The notes beneath the pieces were generated by a model. It was given only the letters and a program-made list of their open reading frames with translations, did no database searches and was not told the origin of the DNA. This document shows, in pieces, positions 9,718 to 20,304 of a stretch of 64,000 nucleotides of DNA; within the stretch, counting starts at the first letter, position 1; the number at the start of each line of letters is the position of its first letter. Source of the DNA: an uncultured bacterium (GTDB lineage: Bacteria; Chlamydiota; Chlamydiia; Chlamydiales; SM23-39). The DNA lies in assembly GCA_963716985.1 (NCBI GenBank), contig OY970323.1, positions 1,312,001-1,376,000 of the forward strand, read 5' to 3'. The position numbers were made by a program, and so were the translations under genes.

Positions 9718-10332
9718 TTAAATTTTCCATGTGCATTGGATCTTTTCGCTTAAGAGCGGATAGAATCGATAAGAAAAGTATGCAAGGAAAAGGGCGTTGA
9801 TCATCTGAGTAGCCATGCACTCTATTTCCGGACGGCCGAAAGAAGCGAAGACAGGCTTTTTCCCTTTCTGAAGAAAGTCTAGTCGCTTCCGGTAAAACTC
9901 CAAGAGAGGAGAAAACATCTCTTCGTTTCCCTGTTTCAACAGAGCATCTCTTCCCATAAAGGAATAAGAAAAGGGAGCATACGCCCAAAAGGAGTTGATC
10001 CAATATCTCCAAAAGATATTGCTTCTTTGATATGCCTTTTTTCCACAGGCTCGATAAAAGCTATTGATTTCTTTAGGATAAAGGGTCTGGGCTTCATGGA
10101 CCATCTCATAAAGAAGGGTATTTCGAGGGAAGCTATGCGCAAGAAAGAAAACGCGATTGGCAAGCCTCGTCTCTTCTTTGCCGCTCGCACGGGAAAAAAA
10201 TTCTCGAATACTCGAGAAGACCCAGAAGACCGCATGCCAAATTTTTTCGATTCCCCTAGAAAAAAAATACATGTTGGAGCTTTTTGCAATGAGCAGATTT
10301 TGAAGATGCAGTGGATTGATCATTGGGGCCAT
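9718..10332 (-). CDS. hypothetical protein
   Basis: 204-aa ORF in tandem with 10343-10867; no recognisable motif. Confidence 0.45.
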   Translation of the reverse strand: MAPMINPLHLQNLLIAKSSNMYFFSRGIEKIWHAVFWVFSSIREFFSRASGKEETRLANRVFFLAHSFPRNTLLYEMVHEAQTLYPKEINSFYRACGKKAYQRSNIFWRYWINSFWAYAPFSYSFMGRDALLKQGNEEMFSPLLEFYRKRLDFLQKGKKPVFASFGRPEIECMATQMINALFLAYFSYRFYPLLSEKIQCTWKI

Positions 10333-10342
10333 CGAATGTGCA

Positions 10343-10867
10343 TCACTTCTGTGTTTGCGATGTGTTTGAGAAGAGGGCCGATATTGCTACCAAACAGCCC
10401 AAAGAGCTTCCAACGACCTTATAGATGAGACTTTTGGCTCTCTCTGAATCGCATCTTGGGAGCTGTGGCATGGGGCCAATGCGTAGATTGTCATTTTCGG
10501 CAACCATCCAGCGCGCCTCCCTCCCCTTTTGGATCAGTCGATTATAGGCCAGTGCATACACGTTGTAGAGAAGAGAGCTGGGGGCAAAACAAACAATGTC
10601 TAACACCCCGAGAATCGGGAAGGTGATCAGATATGTAAAATTTTCCCAAATTCTATTACCGAGGCGATTTTCGAGAAAGGAGCGCGCAGCGTTGGGTGCA
10701 ATCATGACAGAAAAAGTCGAACCGTACCGATATCCCCCAGCCGGCGAGTCGCCCCCGCAAACACTCTTTACAATGCGCCCAAGAAGCAAACATTTACGGA
10801 CACAAAGGTCAACACCTGACCAAAGAACTTCTCCATAAAGGCAAGGTAAAACTGCCGGAGTACCCAT
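10343..10867 (-). CDS. hypothetical protein with hydrophobic segments
   Basis: 174-aa ORF with ATG start; no recognisable motif. Confidence 0.45.
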   Translation of the reverse strand: MGTPAVLPCLYGEVLWSGVDLCVRKCLLLGRIVKSVCGGDSPAGGYRYGSTFSVMIAPNAARSFLENRLGNRIWENFTYLITFPILGVLDIVCFAPSSLLYNVYALAYNRLIQKGREARWMVAENDNLRIGPMPQLPRCDSERAKSLIYKVVGSSLGCLVAISALFSNTSQTQK

Positions 10868-11078
10868 AAACTTTTCCTGACTTTCAAAGAGTTAAGTTTA
10901 GCCGAAGCGGCAAAACAAAACCAGGAATTGCTGCATGACAAACGGGAGTTTTTTTTGAACGTTAAAAATATCGACGCATTTTGTAATTATTTATATCTCA
11001 AGTTTTTAAAAAATTCATAATCTCAGATATTTTATTTTAATTCGAAAAAACTTAAAATGCAAATAAAGAGAGAATTTT

Positions 11079-11516
11079 ATGAAAAAACCCAAATCCTCAA
11101 AGCATAAGCTGAAAGAAGATAAACTGAAAAAAGGCCTCAAAAGATTGATTGATCATTGGGAAAAGTTTCTGGCAGCAAAAAAAGGGCGAAAGAATAAAGA
11201 ATATCTCTTGCAAATCGCAAGAGATATTAAAGAACTGGAAAAGGAGAGCTCTCTTTCTTTAGAGATGCCCGATCTCTATCCTGCCAGTTATTTGATCCAC
11301 CATTTTCTGATCAGTCCTTACGGATCGGCCTACATGACAAACCGCTCGCTGCTCGATGCCGCATTGGATTTTAGCGAGGCCGGAGGCGAAGAAACAAGCC
11401 TCCTTTCTGAAAAAGCTAAAGAATCCGACCTTTCCCATCTTCTTGAAGAGCCCAAGGAGGATCTTCCTATGATCTTTTGGTCGCTCTATGAAATCATCAA
11501 AAAAGAGAAAACCTAA
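11079..11516 (+). CDS. hypothetical protein (Lys-rich N-terminus, acidic C-terminus)
   Basis: 145-aa ORF after an AT-rich promoter-like region and GAGAG SD; converges on the next gene with overlapping stops. Confidence 0.65.
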   Translation: MKKPKSSKHKLKEDKLKKGLKRLIDHWEKFLAAKKGRKNKEYLLQIARDIKELEKESSLSLEMPDLYPASYLIHHFLISPYGSAYMTNRSLLDAALDFSEAGGEETSLLSEKAKESDLSHLLEEPKEDLPMIFWSLYEIIKKEKT

Positions 11517-14263
11517 AGCGCAAGATCGGCAAAAATCCGCTTCGTCTCTTCCTCGACTGAAAGCTTAAATCCCAATTTTTCGCAAATCTTCTGCATCTCC
11601 TTGTTCTCAGGGAACATAGAAGCTACGATATGCTGCACCTTTTCGTCTTTGGCCACCTGGATGAGCAGTTGCAACAGGCGAAATCCGATTCCCTTTTTCT
11701 GCCACTTGTCTTTGACCAAAATGGCAAAGGTAGCCTCCTCGGTTAAGGGAATTTTGCTCAATCGGCCAATGGCCAATATCTCCTTTTTGCCATCCTTGTG
11801 TTTATATTCGAAAACAAGGGCTATTTCCCGATCATAATCCGTAAAACAGATGCGGATGAGCCTCTCTTTTGCAATAAGCTGATCATATTTCATCTCTTTC
11901 AAGTATCTTTGGAAAAGGGTTCTCTCTGAAAGCTCTTTGAAGAAATCAATCATGAAAGGTTCATCTTCAGGCCGGACAGGACGTATGACCACCGGCGTCT
12001 TGTCCTTCAAAGCCCATTCTTGCACATATTGAACCGGATAGGGCCGAATCGCCAATTGCGGCAGTTTTCCGATTTTTGCCGCATCATGCAAAACAATACG
12101 TGCATCCAGTGCGATGATCTGTTCGGGAGATGCCCATATCGGATTGATATCGCACTCTTCGATCTCCGGGTATTCTGCAATCAGGTTGCTAAAACGAACA
12201 AGAACCTTTTCCAACAGGGCAAGATCGACCGATTTTCTTCCTCGCACTCCTTTCAGAGCATGGTAGATTTTGGTCCTTTCCATCATTCTTTTTGCTAAGG
12301 TAGAGTTCAAAGGAGGCAGAGCAAGAGAGCTGTCCTTAAACACCTCTACGAGCTGCCCGCCCATCCCGAAAAGAAGGACAGGGCCAAACTCCGGATCCAC
12401 CGAGCTTCCTAAAATCAACTCATAACCATTTGAGAGATTGACCATCGGCTGAACAGTAACGCCTTGAAAATCGCTTTCTTTGGCAAGTTTTTTCACCGAT
12501 GCATAGATTTCCCCGTAGGCAGTATACACGGCTTCTTTGTTGTTCAAATGCAGCTTTACCCCCCCAACATCAGTCTTGTGGGTAATGGTCTCTGAAAAAA
12601 GCTTTAGAACTACGGGGAAGCCCATTTTTTCCGCAAGTTTCACAGCTTCCTCTGCATTTTTGGCAATTTCCGTGGGGACAATGGGGATGCCGCAAGCTTC
12701 CAAAACTTTTTTTGCTTCATATTCGGAGAGAAGAACTCTTTTTTCCCCTCTTGCCTTAAGAAAAATCTCCCGGATCATTTTCCCCCCTTGAGCTACCTTG
12801 ATCCGTTCATTTTCTTCTTCATAAAGTGTGGGAGTTTGATAAAGAGCTTTTAAGTTGTCGCTATGCGACCACATATAGCCAAACGTCTTGCAAGCAGCGT
12901 CGGGAAATTCATAACAAGGGATATTATTATCGGTGAGCAGCCGCGTCCCTTGAGCCACATTTGTCCCTCCCATCCAGCTGGCTAAAATGGGCTTATCTTT
13001 TGAACGCCCATAAGGTTTTAGCTTTTCAGCGGTTAAGGTAGGATTGGTCATGTACTGAGGGGTCAAAATGACAAGAACGCCATCCGTTGCGGCATCATTG
13101 ATAGCCACGTCCAATGCTTTGGCATAAAGCTCAGGACTCGCATCTCCTAATATATCGATGGGATTATTGTGACTCCACTCTTTGGGTAAAAAACCGCTTA
13201 GCGTTTCTATTACCTTCGGATCAAAAGTCGTTAGCTTACCACCGCTTTGAATGAGAGCATCCGTTGCAATCACGCCGGGACCACCCGCATTCGTAATGAC
13301 GCTTAAATGAGGTCCTTTTGGCCTTGGTTGTTTGGAAAGAATCTCGGCCATGTTAAAAAGATCTGAAATCATCTCCACGCGAAGCACTCCGACCCGTCTG
13401 AGCGCAGCATTTAACACTTCATTGCTTCCGGCAAGCGACCCTGTATGGGAAACCGCGGCTTTCGCCGACTCTTCGGTCACCCCTGCTTTAATCAAAATAA
13501 TCGGCTTGGCAAGTGCGACTTCCCTTGCAGCAGACAAGAATGATCTCGTATCCCCTACGCTTTCCATGTAGATCAGAATACTATGCGTATTGGGATCGCT
13601 TCCCAAATAGGTAATGAGATCGCCCCAATCCACATCCATCATCGTACCGATCGAGAGAAAAGAACTAAAACCCACTTTTTCTCGCAAGCTCCAATCCAAC
13701 ACGGCAGTGCAAAGAGCCCCGGATTGGCTGATAAAGGCAATATTCCCCTTGAGTGCCATGTCGGCAGCAAAGGTTGCATTCAGGCCCGTCATGGGGTTCA
13801 TCACCCCAAGACAGTTAGGGCCGATAATGCGCATTTTCCCTTTTTTGGCATGCTTCATGATTTGGTGTTCAAGTTCGATGCCGGGAGCCCCGAGTTCTTT
13901 GAATCCGGCAGAAATAATAATTGCGGACGGCACTTGAGCTTTTACGCACTCTTCAATAATCAACGGAACTGCTTGAGCCGGGGTCACAATGACTGCTAAA
14001 TCAATCTTCTCGGGAATATCTCCGATGCTTTTGTAAGCCGGTATGCCAAGCACGTTGTTTCTCTTGGGATTGATCGGATAGATCGTTCCCCCGAAAGGAG
14101 ATCGCATGAGATTCCAAAGAATTGTCCTTCCCACACTATTCTCTCTCTCGGTAGCTCCTATGACCGCTACGTTCTTTGGGGCAAAGAGAGAGTCCAGCTG
14201 TCTTTGTTTTCTATACAAAATGTTCAAAGTAGAATCAAAAGCATATTCCTTCATAATACCCAT
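11513..14263 (-). CDS. bifunctional ADP-forming acetate-CoA ligase family / GNAT N-acetyltransferase
   Basis: CoA-binding [38 protein letters not shown]-grasp [20 protein letters not shown]-terminal GNAT WQKKGIG. Confidence 0.92.
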   Translation of the reverse strand: MGIMKEYAFDSTLNILYRKQRQLDSLFAPKNVAVIGATERENSVGRTILWNLMRSPFGGTIYPINPKRNNVLGIPAYKSIGDIPEKIDLAVIVTPAQAVPLIIEECVKAQVPSAIIISAGFKELGAPGIELEHQIMKHAKKGKMRIIGPNCLGVMNPMTGLNATFAADMALKGNIAFISQSGALCTAVLDWSLREKVGFSSFLSIGTMMDVDWGDLITYLGSDPNTHSILIYMESVGDTRSFLSAAREVALAKPIILIKAGVTEESAKAAVSHTGSLAGSNEVLNAALRRVGVLRVEMISDLFNMAEILSKQPRPKGPHLSVITNAGGPGVIATDALIQSGGKLTTFDPKVIETLSGFLPKEWSHNNPIDILGDASPELYAKALDVAINDAATDGVLVILTPQYMTNPTLTAEKLKPYGRSKDKPILASWMGGTNVAQGTRLLTDNNIPCYEFPDAACKTFGYMWSHSDNLKALYQTPTLYEEENERIKVAQGGKMIREIFLKARGEKRVLLSEYEAKKVLEACGIPIVPTEIAKNAEEAVKLAEKMGFPVVLKLFSETITHKTDVGGVKLHLNNKEAVYTAYGEIYASVKKLAKESDFQGVTVQPMVNLSNGYELILGSSVDPEFGPVLLFGMGGQLVEVFKDSSLALPPLNSTLAKRMMERTKIYHALKGVRGRKSVDLALLEKVLVRFSNLIAEYPEIEECDINPIWASPEQIIALDARIVLHDAAKIGKLPQLAIRPYPVQYVQEWALKDKTPVVIRPVRPEDEPFMIDFFKELSERTLFQRYLKEMKYDQLIAKERLIRICFTDYDREIALVFEYKHKDGKKEILAIGRLSKIPLTEEATFAILVKDKWQKKGIGFRLLQLLIQVAKDEKVQHIVASMFPENKEMQKICEKLGFKLSVEEETKRIFADLAL

Positions 14264-14332
14264 CACGTTTCTTAAAACCCTATATATAGAGATTAATAGA
14301 ACGAGATGCAACCCCAAATTTAAAAGAAAGGA

Positions 14333-14974
14333 TTATCTTTGAATTTTTTTTCCCAAAATCTCTTCGATTCTTTCTTTGGATATAGGCCCTTCTCGAAAAA
14401 GACGCGGAGGGTCATCGGCCAAACTCAAGACGGTCGATGCCTTTTTGCAAAACACCTCTCCTCCATCGATCAAAGCCGCTATCTTTCCCATAAAAGCTCG
14501 ACTGACAGCTTCTGCGCGGCACGCCGGCGGCTGGCCGGAGATATTGGCAGATGTGCCAAGAATTGCTCCTCCCATTTTTTCAATCAAAAAAAGCAGCCCT
14601 GCGTGAAAAGGCATGCGCACACCAACCGTTTCATTCCTTGAGATCTTGGAAGATATGCAAGAAGACTTTTTTAAAACAATGGTCAAAGGACCCGGCCAAA
14701 AAATCTGAATCAACTCATAGAAAGAAGGCGGTATTTCAACGGCGATCTCCTTCACGACAAGGTCGGAAGAGACATGGATAGTCATGGGATGGTTCGGATC
14801 CCTGTTTTTAAGTGCAAAAAGCTTCTCTATTGCATGTTCATTTTGCCAATCGACCCCGAGTCCATAAACGGTCTCCGTCGGAAAAGCGATCACCTCGCCC
14901 TTGAGCAAAAGGGACTTGATTTCTTGAAAATCGACCTCCTGAAGACCTTGGGCTGAAAAAATACGTGTCAACAT
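14333..14974 (-). CDS. tsaC: L-threonylcarbamoyladenylate synthase (TsaC/Sua5 family)
   Basis: AFPTETVYGLG, KNR, FWPGPLT and TSANISG motifs. Confidence 0.92.
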   Translation of the reverse strand: MLTRIFSAQGLQEVDFQEIKSLLLKGEVIAFPTETVYGLGVDWQNEHAIEKLFALKNRDPNHPMTIHVSSDLVVKEIAVEIPPSFYELIQIFWPGPLTIVLKKSSCISSKISRNETVGVRMPFHAGLLFLIEKMGGAILGTSANISGQPPACRAEAVSRAFMGKIAALIDGGEVFCKKASTVLSLADDPPRLFREGPISKERIEEILGKKIQR

Positions 14975-15077
14975 GGATGGCGTCCTTGAAGAAGCTGCGA
15001 CATTTTACCCTGAATATTCCTTTGTTGTCCAAAAGAAGAGAAAACTTTATAAAACAAACTTAAAAGGAAGTGTATTT

Positions 15078-15380
15078 ATGAAACCCAATCCCATATTTTT
15101 CATTTTCTATGGCGGCATTGTATTTTTGGATGGCGCTATGGCCTATTTTGCGGGAAGATCGGGACTCATCGAAATCCTCGCAGGCCTTGTCCTTTTCGCC
15201 GCTCTCCCATGGATAATAAAGGAACAGATAGCCGCAGAAGGGCTGGGGCTGGCTATTTCCATCGGTTTGCTGATCTATTATAGCTATTATTTTGCCGCCA
15301 CGACCTATTTTTTTTCCGCAGCGCTTGGGCTTGCGAGTTTCTTTATGAGCCTCTATCTCGTCTTGAAAATCTTTCGCTAA
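15078..15380 (+). CDS. small membrane protein, TMEM14-like
   Basis: About 100 aa with four hydrophobic helices, YGGIVFLDGAMAY..GRS motif; AAGGAAG SD before ATG 15078. Confidence 0.5.
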   Translation: MKPNPIFFIFYGGIVFLDGAMAYFAGRSGLIEILAGLVLFAALPWIIKEQIAAEGLGLAISIGLLIYYSYYFAATTYFFSAALGLASFFMSLYLVLKIFR

Positions 15381-15528
15381 ATAGCTTATATGTAAATCAT
15401 TACATTGTTCCCTTTTCGTTTCTCTCGGGACTTTCATTCTTGAAAAAGGGCCTTGCCGGACGGACAAAAAAAAATCGGACAAATCGTTGACTTGCCCGAT
15501 GAGATCATGCAGATAGAAAAAGGGCCGC

Positions 15529-15666
15529 TTATCTTGAAGCGACTCTTTTGCCTCTTCGAGATTTAGCTTTTCGCTTTACTCTTTTGCAGCTGCGGCAAGC
15601 TTTACGCGCTTTTCTTCGCTTAACAGTACGTTTTTTTGCCGATTTTCTTCCTTTTCTCTTTAACAT
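15529..15666 (-). CDS. 45-aa protamine-like Arg/Lys-rich peptide with CxxC, absent from the ORF track
   Basis: Reads MLKRKGRKSAKKRTVKRRKARKACRSCKRVKRKAKSRRGKRVASR*; strong SD (AAAGGAGGAAGTCT-ATG); 26 of 45 residues are K or R and none is acidic. Confidence 0.75.
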   Translation of the reverse strand: MLKRKGRKSAKKRTVKRRKARKACRSCKRVKRKAKSRRGKRVASR

Positions 15667-16051
15667 AGACTTCCTCCTTTAATTTTTTAGAGCTATGTTT
15701 ATAAAAACATCAAAATTTAACAATTTTTCTTTCTTAAACTTAATATATTAAATTTATTATTTATTTATCAACTGTAAAATAAAAACTTACAAGCTTTAAA
15801 ACAATTCCAAATGGCGACAAACGCCTCCAGAGACACCCTTGGGCAAGGTTTTTTAAGATAAATGAATTTTAAAAAAAATTATTTTTTACATAAAAAATAA
15901 AAAAGAATCGAATAAATTTTCATTAAAGATGGTCGAGTTTTTTTAAATATTTTAAATTTTTTAAAAAGTTAAAAAAAACCGATAGTTTCGGTTTGTTAGA
16001 ACCGGAAGACTTTTTTAGAGATAGGCCAAGAACCTGATCCTTACCCACAAG

Positions 16052-19000
16052 TCAATACCCACAACCTAAAAGCGCTCCCGTTAACATGTCTTGCAATCGT
16101 TTATAACCCTTCCAAATCGTTTGCCATCCAGGCTCCCCATCTGATTTGCGCCCTATAAAACCTCCCATACGAGCCAGAGAACGCCAGAAATCTTTCACCG
16201 TTTTCAATTTCACCATCAGATGCCTTTCTATGAGCGTAATCCAAGACTTGGGCACTTTTTCTTCGACCGGTGTTTCCGGAGACAACCGACACCGTTCTCT
16301 CATCGATAAAAGTTGCGTCGCTATCACCCCAATCATTCCAAATAGTGCAAGAATTCGGCTCGCCTGTTTAAGCTGATTATCTTCGATTCGAAAGCCCGTT
16401 TTGACCGCCTTATGATAATCCTCTATAAGCCAGCGTCGGCGGTAGATCCTGACGATTCTTAGGGAGTCTTCTTGATTGTTGACAGGAAGATTGGTGAGTA
16501 GAGGAGCGGATTGCTCCGCTCCCCCCTCCTCAGAACCAGGACTTGCAGGTTTCCCGCATCCGGCTCCCGAACAGTCCTTTTAGGTTTTGATTACCTTAGG
16601 AGTTCCTATGATGCATTTGATTTTCCACTTCATTGGAAAGCCCACTTTTTCCAGAACTTTCTCGAATTTCTCCCAACTCATTTTCTTTCTGCCACCTTTC
16701 CTGTTGATCCATTTGAAGATAGCTCTTTCGCATTGGAAGATAAATCCGTTTACCGCTCTAGAGTTGTCGGTCACTGCATGATAGTTGATCCACCCTTTGA
16801 TGATTGGCAGTATCTGTTGAAACATTATCAAGGTTTTCATGGCTTTATTCTCTTTCAGAAATTTTGATAATCCCTGAAGTTTCGAGTGCTTCCGATCTCC
16901 TCTGCTGCGGACTTTTAATCTCCAGAAGTTCCCTTTCTGCGCTTTTTCCCAGAAGAAGGTAAATCCCAGAAATTTGAAAACAGGCAGCTTTTGTTTCTTG
17001 GCCGCCATTTCTGCTATTCTTTTCGATCCCGAGGAGTGCAGATGCGACTTGTCTTCGTGAACCGCAAGTCCATATTTCTGCAACCTTTGGGTAAACGCTC
17101 TATAGAACCTTTCCGCATCTTCACTGCATTCGAATACAAATACCATATCATCGCAGAAACGAATCGGAAAGATCTTTCCCTTGAGATATGTTCGAATGGA
17201 TTCTATCCAACTATCCACCACTTCATGTAGGTAGATATTTGATAAAATCGGTGAAGTGACCGATCCCTGTGGGCATCCGACTAAATTCTTTTGCACTACC
17301 CCATCGTTTGTGATGGTTTCTGCTTGCAACAGAATATGTATCAGCCTCAGGAATTTTGGATCGTTGATTTTCTTCTGTAGTATAGCCTCCATTTCCATAT
17401 GTGGAATAGAGTTAAAATACTTCCGAATATCAATCTCCAATAGAGCGCCATCTTTGCACTCGTATACTGCTTGGTGCAAAGCGGTAATAGCATCATGGCA
17501 GCTTTTCCCGGGCCTATATCCAAAAGAACTCGGCAGAAAGAGCGGTTCATAGATTTTGTTCAAAATCTCTCCCGCTGCCATCTGCACCAATTTGTCCTCT
17601 ATGCAGGATATTGCCAGAGGTCTTTTGCCTCCATCTGCTTTGGGTATTTCAACTATCTTTGATGGTTGTGGCGCATATTGCGCCCGATGCACTTTCGCAG
17701 CGAGCATTCGGAGATTTTCCTCCAGATTTTTGCCATATGCTTCTTTTGTTATACCATCAATTCCTACAGCTTTAGTTCCATCAAGCTGTGCAAATGCTCT
17801 CATCAGCATTTCCTCGTTGATAAGATGTCCCAGATTATTGAACACCAGATCATGATTTCCTGCCGAAAGATCTCCTATACGATCCAGCTTCATTGACACT
17901 GTATATCTGTCTTTGCTGTGTACAGACATTGTTTCCACCTTTTCGTTCGTTTCTGTTCTATCCACCCTTTGCTCCCCGATCGTTACTCGGTTCCTCGCTA
18001 CTATGGTGGACTCCGCCATCCTTATCCCATCTTTGCAGTCTTACGTTCATGGCGCTTGAACCACAAATACTCCCTTCGGAGAGCAATAAGGACTTCCCAA
18101 GTTCCGTCACACTTCTCTACAAGCTCGCCAATGCTTAATATCCCGGTGCTTGATGATCGCAGGGTTTCGCCATTTTGACCCGCTTCCCATCTGTTGCCTG
18201 CTCCTAATACGAAAGTTTCGGCTTGCACGATATACCTCTCGAGACTTAACGCATTCACCTCACGGTTTTGGCTCGAATGTTTCGCTATCTACGCTTCAGC
18301 TCTTTTGTTACCTCCGGAGTTGCAAGATTCGCTACATAATGTGGTGGCTATCCACTTTTTATGCCTGGACTTTCACCAGTAGAAGTGCGCAGCTTCTCTT
18401 GGCGCACCGTAACCAATAACCATTCTAACCTGGGCCTATCGGGACACCACACTCGAATATACGTCACTTCTTCACCTGCTGCAGAACACCCATTTCCTGG
18501 AGGAAACAGCTTCGCTTTGACCCAAGTTATTTCTAGTGTCACTTCACCACCAAATTCTTCGCCTTTTGCCTTCATATACAGCGCGGATGTGCACTTGGCT
18601 GTCTGTTGACGAATCCATGAAAAAAGACGTGTCTTCTCGCCATTAATCTCGACTTTGCGATCATGTCGCGCCCGCACTACATATTTCCACCCAAGCCTGT
18701 TTGCATTATTCAGAAAATCATAAATATCATTGGCGCGATCGCCAACGCTCACCCAGTTCTCCTGAGGGCGCCCCATTTTCTCTAACGTCCTCAGCCACAC
18801 CTCAGATTCCTTCGAATCACTCGCCGATTTTTCTTCGGGCCGCACCCAAGCCTCCTGGTAACCAAGTCCCAAAATTTCGGTTTCTTCAGATTCATGATAT
18901 TTGGCGACCAGGCATGAGTGAAACATGAGTCCATTTCCGTTACTGTCGGAAGTTGGTCCAAGTCCATGTGTCCATGGATGGGAATTGAACAAAAGTTCTG

Positions 19001-19274
19001 AGCCATCCTGAATGAACAAGACAGTCTCTTCCGAGAAGCGGGCCTTTTCCAACACCCGATGCCAGTGGGGCTGTTGAAGCGCCTGATGCGTGATTTTGGG
19101 ATTACTAAAAAAGCGATACGTCGCTTTGAGATCTGCCCAATCTTCAAAGCGTCCCGCTAATGACTTTTCAGGATCTTCTGCGCAGCCTATTGCAATATCA
19201 ACAGCTCTCTTCTGCAAACGAGGGTCACCTACATCGATCTTGGCAAATTGGTCGTACATCCATTGTTCTTTCAT
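16052..19274 (-). CDS. IS50/Tn5-like transposase, two exons (19274-18408 and 16492-16052), 435 aa when spliced
   Basis: GDPRLQKR, ATYRFFSN, IQDGSEL and VGDRANDIY in exon 1. Junction LEWLLVT|NLPV. YRRRWLIEDYHKAVKTG (YREK) and LARMGGFIGRKSDGEPGWQTIWKG in exon 2. Confidence 0.9.
16493..18407 (-). mobile_element. group II intron (about 1915 nt), sense to the transposase
   Basis: 5' end GTGCGCC at 18407; domain V GAGCCGGATGCGGGAAACCTGCAAGTCCTGGTTC; domain VI hairpin ending CTACTCACC at 16493; these boundaries restore the host frame. Confidence 0.92.
16580..17929 (-). CDS. ltrA: group II intron reverse transcriptase/maturase, no endonuclease domain
   Basis: AVGIDG, IPKADGGKRPLAI, SFGYRPGKSCH, DIRKYFNSI, GCPQGSVTSPILSNIYLH, RFCDD, FLGF, IKGWINYH; AAGGTGG SD before ATG 17929. 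Confidence 0.93.
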   Translation of the reverse strand: MSVHSKDRYTVSMKLDRIGDLSAGNHDLVFNNLGHLINEEMLMRAFAQLDGTKAVGIDGITKEAYGKNLEENLRMLAAKVHRAQYAPQPSKIVEIPKADGGKRPLAISCIEDKLVQMAAGEILNKIYEPLFLPSSFGYRPGKSCHDAITALHQAVYECKDGALLEIDIRKYFNSIPHMEMEAILQKKINDPKFLRLIHILLQAETITNDGVVQKNLVGCPQGSVTSPILSNIYLHEVVDSWIESIRTYLKGKIFPIRFCDDMVFVFECSEDAERFYRAFTQRLQKYGLAVHEDKSHLHSSGSKRIAEMAAKKQKLPVFKFLGFTFFWEKAQKGNFWRLKVRSRGDRKHSKLQGLSKFLKENKAMKTLIMFQQILPIIKGWINYHAVTDNSRAVNGFIFQCERAIFKWINRKGGRKKMSWEKFEKVLEKVGFPMKWKIKCIIGTPKVIKT

Positions 19275-19466
19275 GATACCTGCTCCTTCTTGAAAAACGG
19301 AGCACATGATACTAAATTTTAGACTTGTGGGTAAGGATCAGGCCAAGAACCGCATACATCACCGGAAATGCTTGCCAGCGCCGCAAATCCATCCTTTTCG
19401 CTCAGGGGCGGCTCACAGGCCAAACCTTAAGACGAAAAGAGACAGGGAAATACTTCCGGGAACAAT

Positions 19467-19614
19467 CAATGCTGTCAACTTAAGGATTCGAGAGCTGCGC
19501 TCTCGAGCTCTCCCCAAAGGGCATGCCCTTTGGAAACCCAAAGCTTAGGTTTCCAAAGGACTGCGTCCTTTGGCGGGGGTTTAAGGGGCAGGGCCCCTTA
19601 TGTTGACAGCATTG
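19467..19614. mobile_element. 148-bp MITE (family C) with IS4-like ends
   Basis: TIRs CAATGCTGTCAACTTAAGG / CCTTATGTTGACAGCATTG (1 mismatch); 10-bp TSD CGGGAACAAT at 19457-19466 and 19615-19624. Confidence 0.85.
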
Positions 19615-19792
19615 CGGGAACAATCAGGATATGATGTGAAAAACAGGGCGCAAGACTCTCTTTTTTCCCATGGACGGAGGAGCATCCCGCTTATTCTCTT
19701 TTTTAGGAAAACTCTCTTCCCTTTATAGCAGGATCTCGCCACCGGATAAGGTCGGTCAACGAAAAAGGAGCCTGTTTTTTTGCATATGGGAT

Positions 19793-19833
19793 AAAAAAAA
19801 AGTGCCTTGAAATCGAACTTCCAAAGCACTTTT
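19793..19833 (-). terminator. putative intrinsic terminator after the last DUF378 gene
   Basis: Imperfect hairpin AAAAGTGCTTTGGAA..TTTCAAGGCACTTTT followed by a U-tract on the minus strand. Confidence 0.6.
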
Positions 19834-19854
19834 ATTGGCGATCATTGAAAAAGC

Positions 19855-20067
19855 TTATTTTCTGGCTTTGATCCAGCGGGCACCTTTGCTTTTCCAAACA
19901 ACAGCGGTATAAATCGCTGCCGCTCCGAAGATAAAATAAGCCAATCTAACTACCCATTCTCTTCCAAAAATGTAGTAAATTAGATTAAATTCAAATATCC
20001 CCCAAAGACCCCAACAAATGCCGCCAATAATTAGGGCGGACATTACCAATTGATCCATTTTTGTCAT
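19855..20067 (-). CDS. DUF378 domain small membrane protein
   Basis: LIIGGICWGLWGIFEFNLIYYIFG..RLAYFIFGAAAIY; GAGGT SD. Confidence 0.85.
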   Translation of the reverse strand: MTKMDQLVMSALIIGGICWGLWGIFEFNLIYYIFGREWVVRLAYFIFGAAAIYTAVVWKSKGARWIKARK

Positions 20068-20234
20068 ATTTACCTCATGGCTAATGGGACTTCCCATGTC
20101 TTTATTATTAAACAATGAAATTAATCATTCAATAATAAATTGAATTAATTTAAAAATAGTTAATAATTGGTGAAAAATTTAAATTATATTTGAATTAAAT
20201 TACATTTAAAAGAATCAGAGGATCGCTTGAAGGC

Positions 20235-20272
20235 AAAAAAAATGCTTTGAAACAGCGATGTTTCAAAGCATT
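20235..20272 (-). terminator. putative intrinsic terminator after the middle DUF378 gene
   Basis: Perfect hairpin AATGCTTTGAAACA-GCGA-TGTTTCAAAGCATT with a U-tract on the minus strand. Confidence 0.7.
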
Positions 20273-20304
20273 CACAAACCTTGAACTCCAAGGCCTTATG
20301 GTGA

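Larger units (their letters stand above)
16034..19341 (-). mobile_element. IS4-family (IS50/Tn5 subgroup) element containing a group II intron
   Basis: 20-bp perfect IRs CTGATCCTTACCCACAAGTC (16034-16053 and 19322-19341), resembling IS50 ends; 9-bp TSD GCCAAGAAC (16025-16033 and 19342-19350). Confidence 0.95.

Noticed and set aside
16580..17929. RT as part of a retron, DGR or defence system
   Set aside because: It is bounded by group II intron 5' and domain V/VI sequences and has a maturase domain. No template/variable repeat pair was seen.
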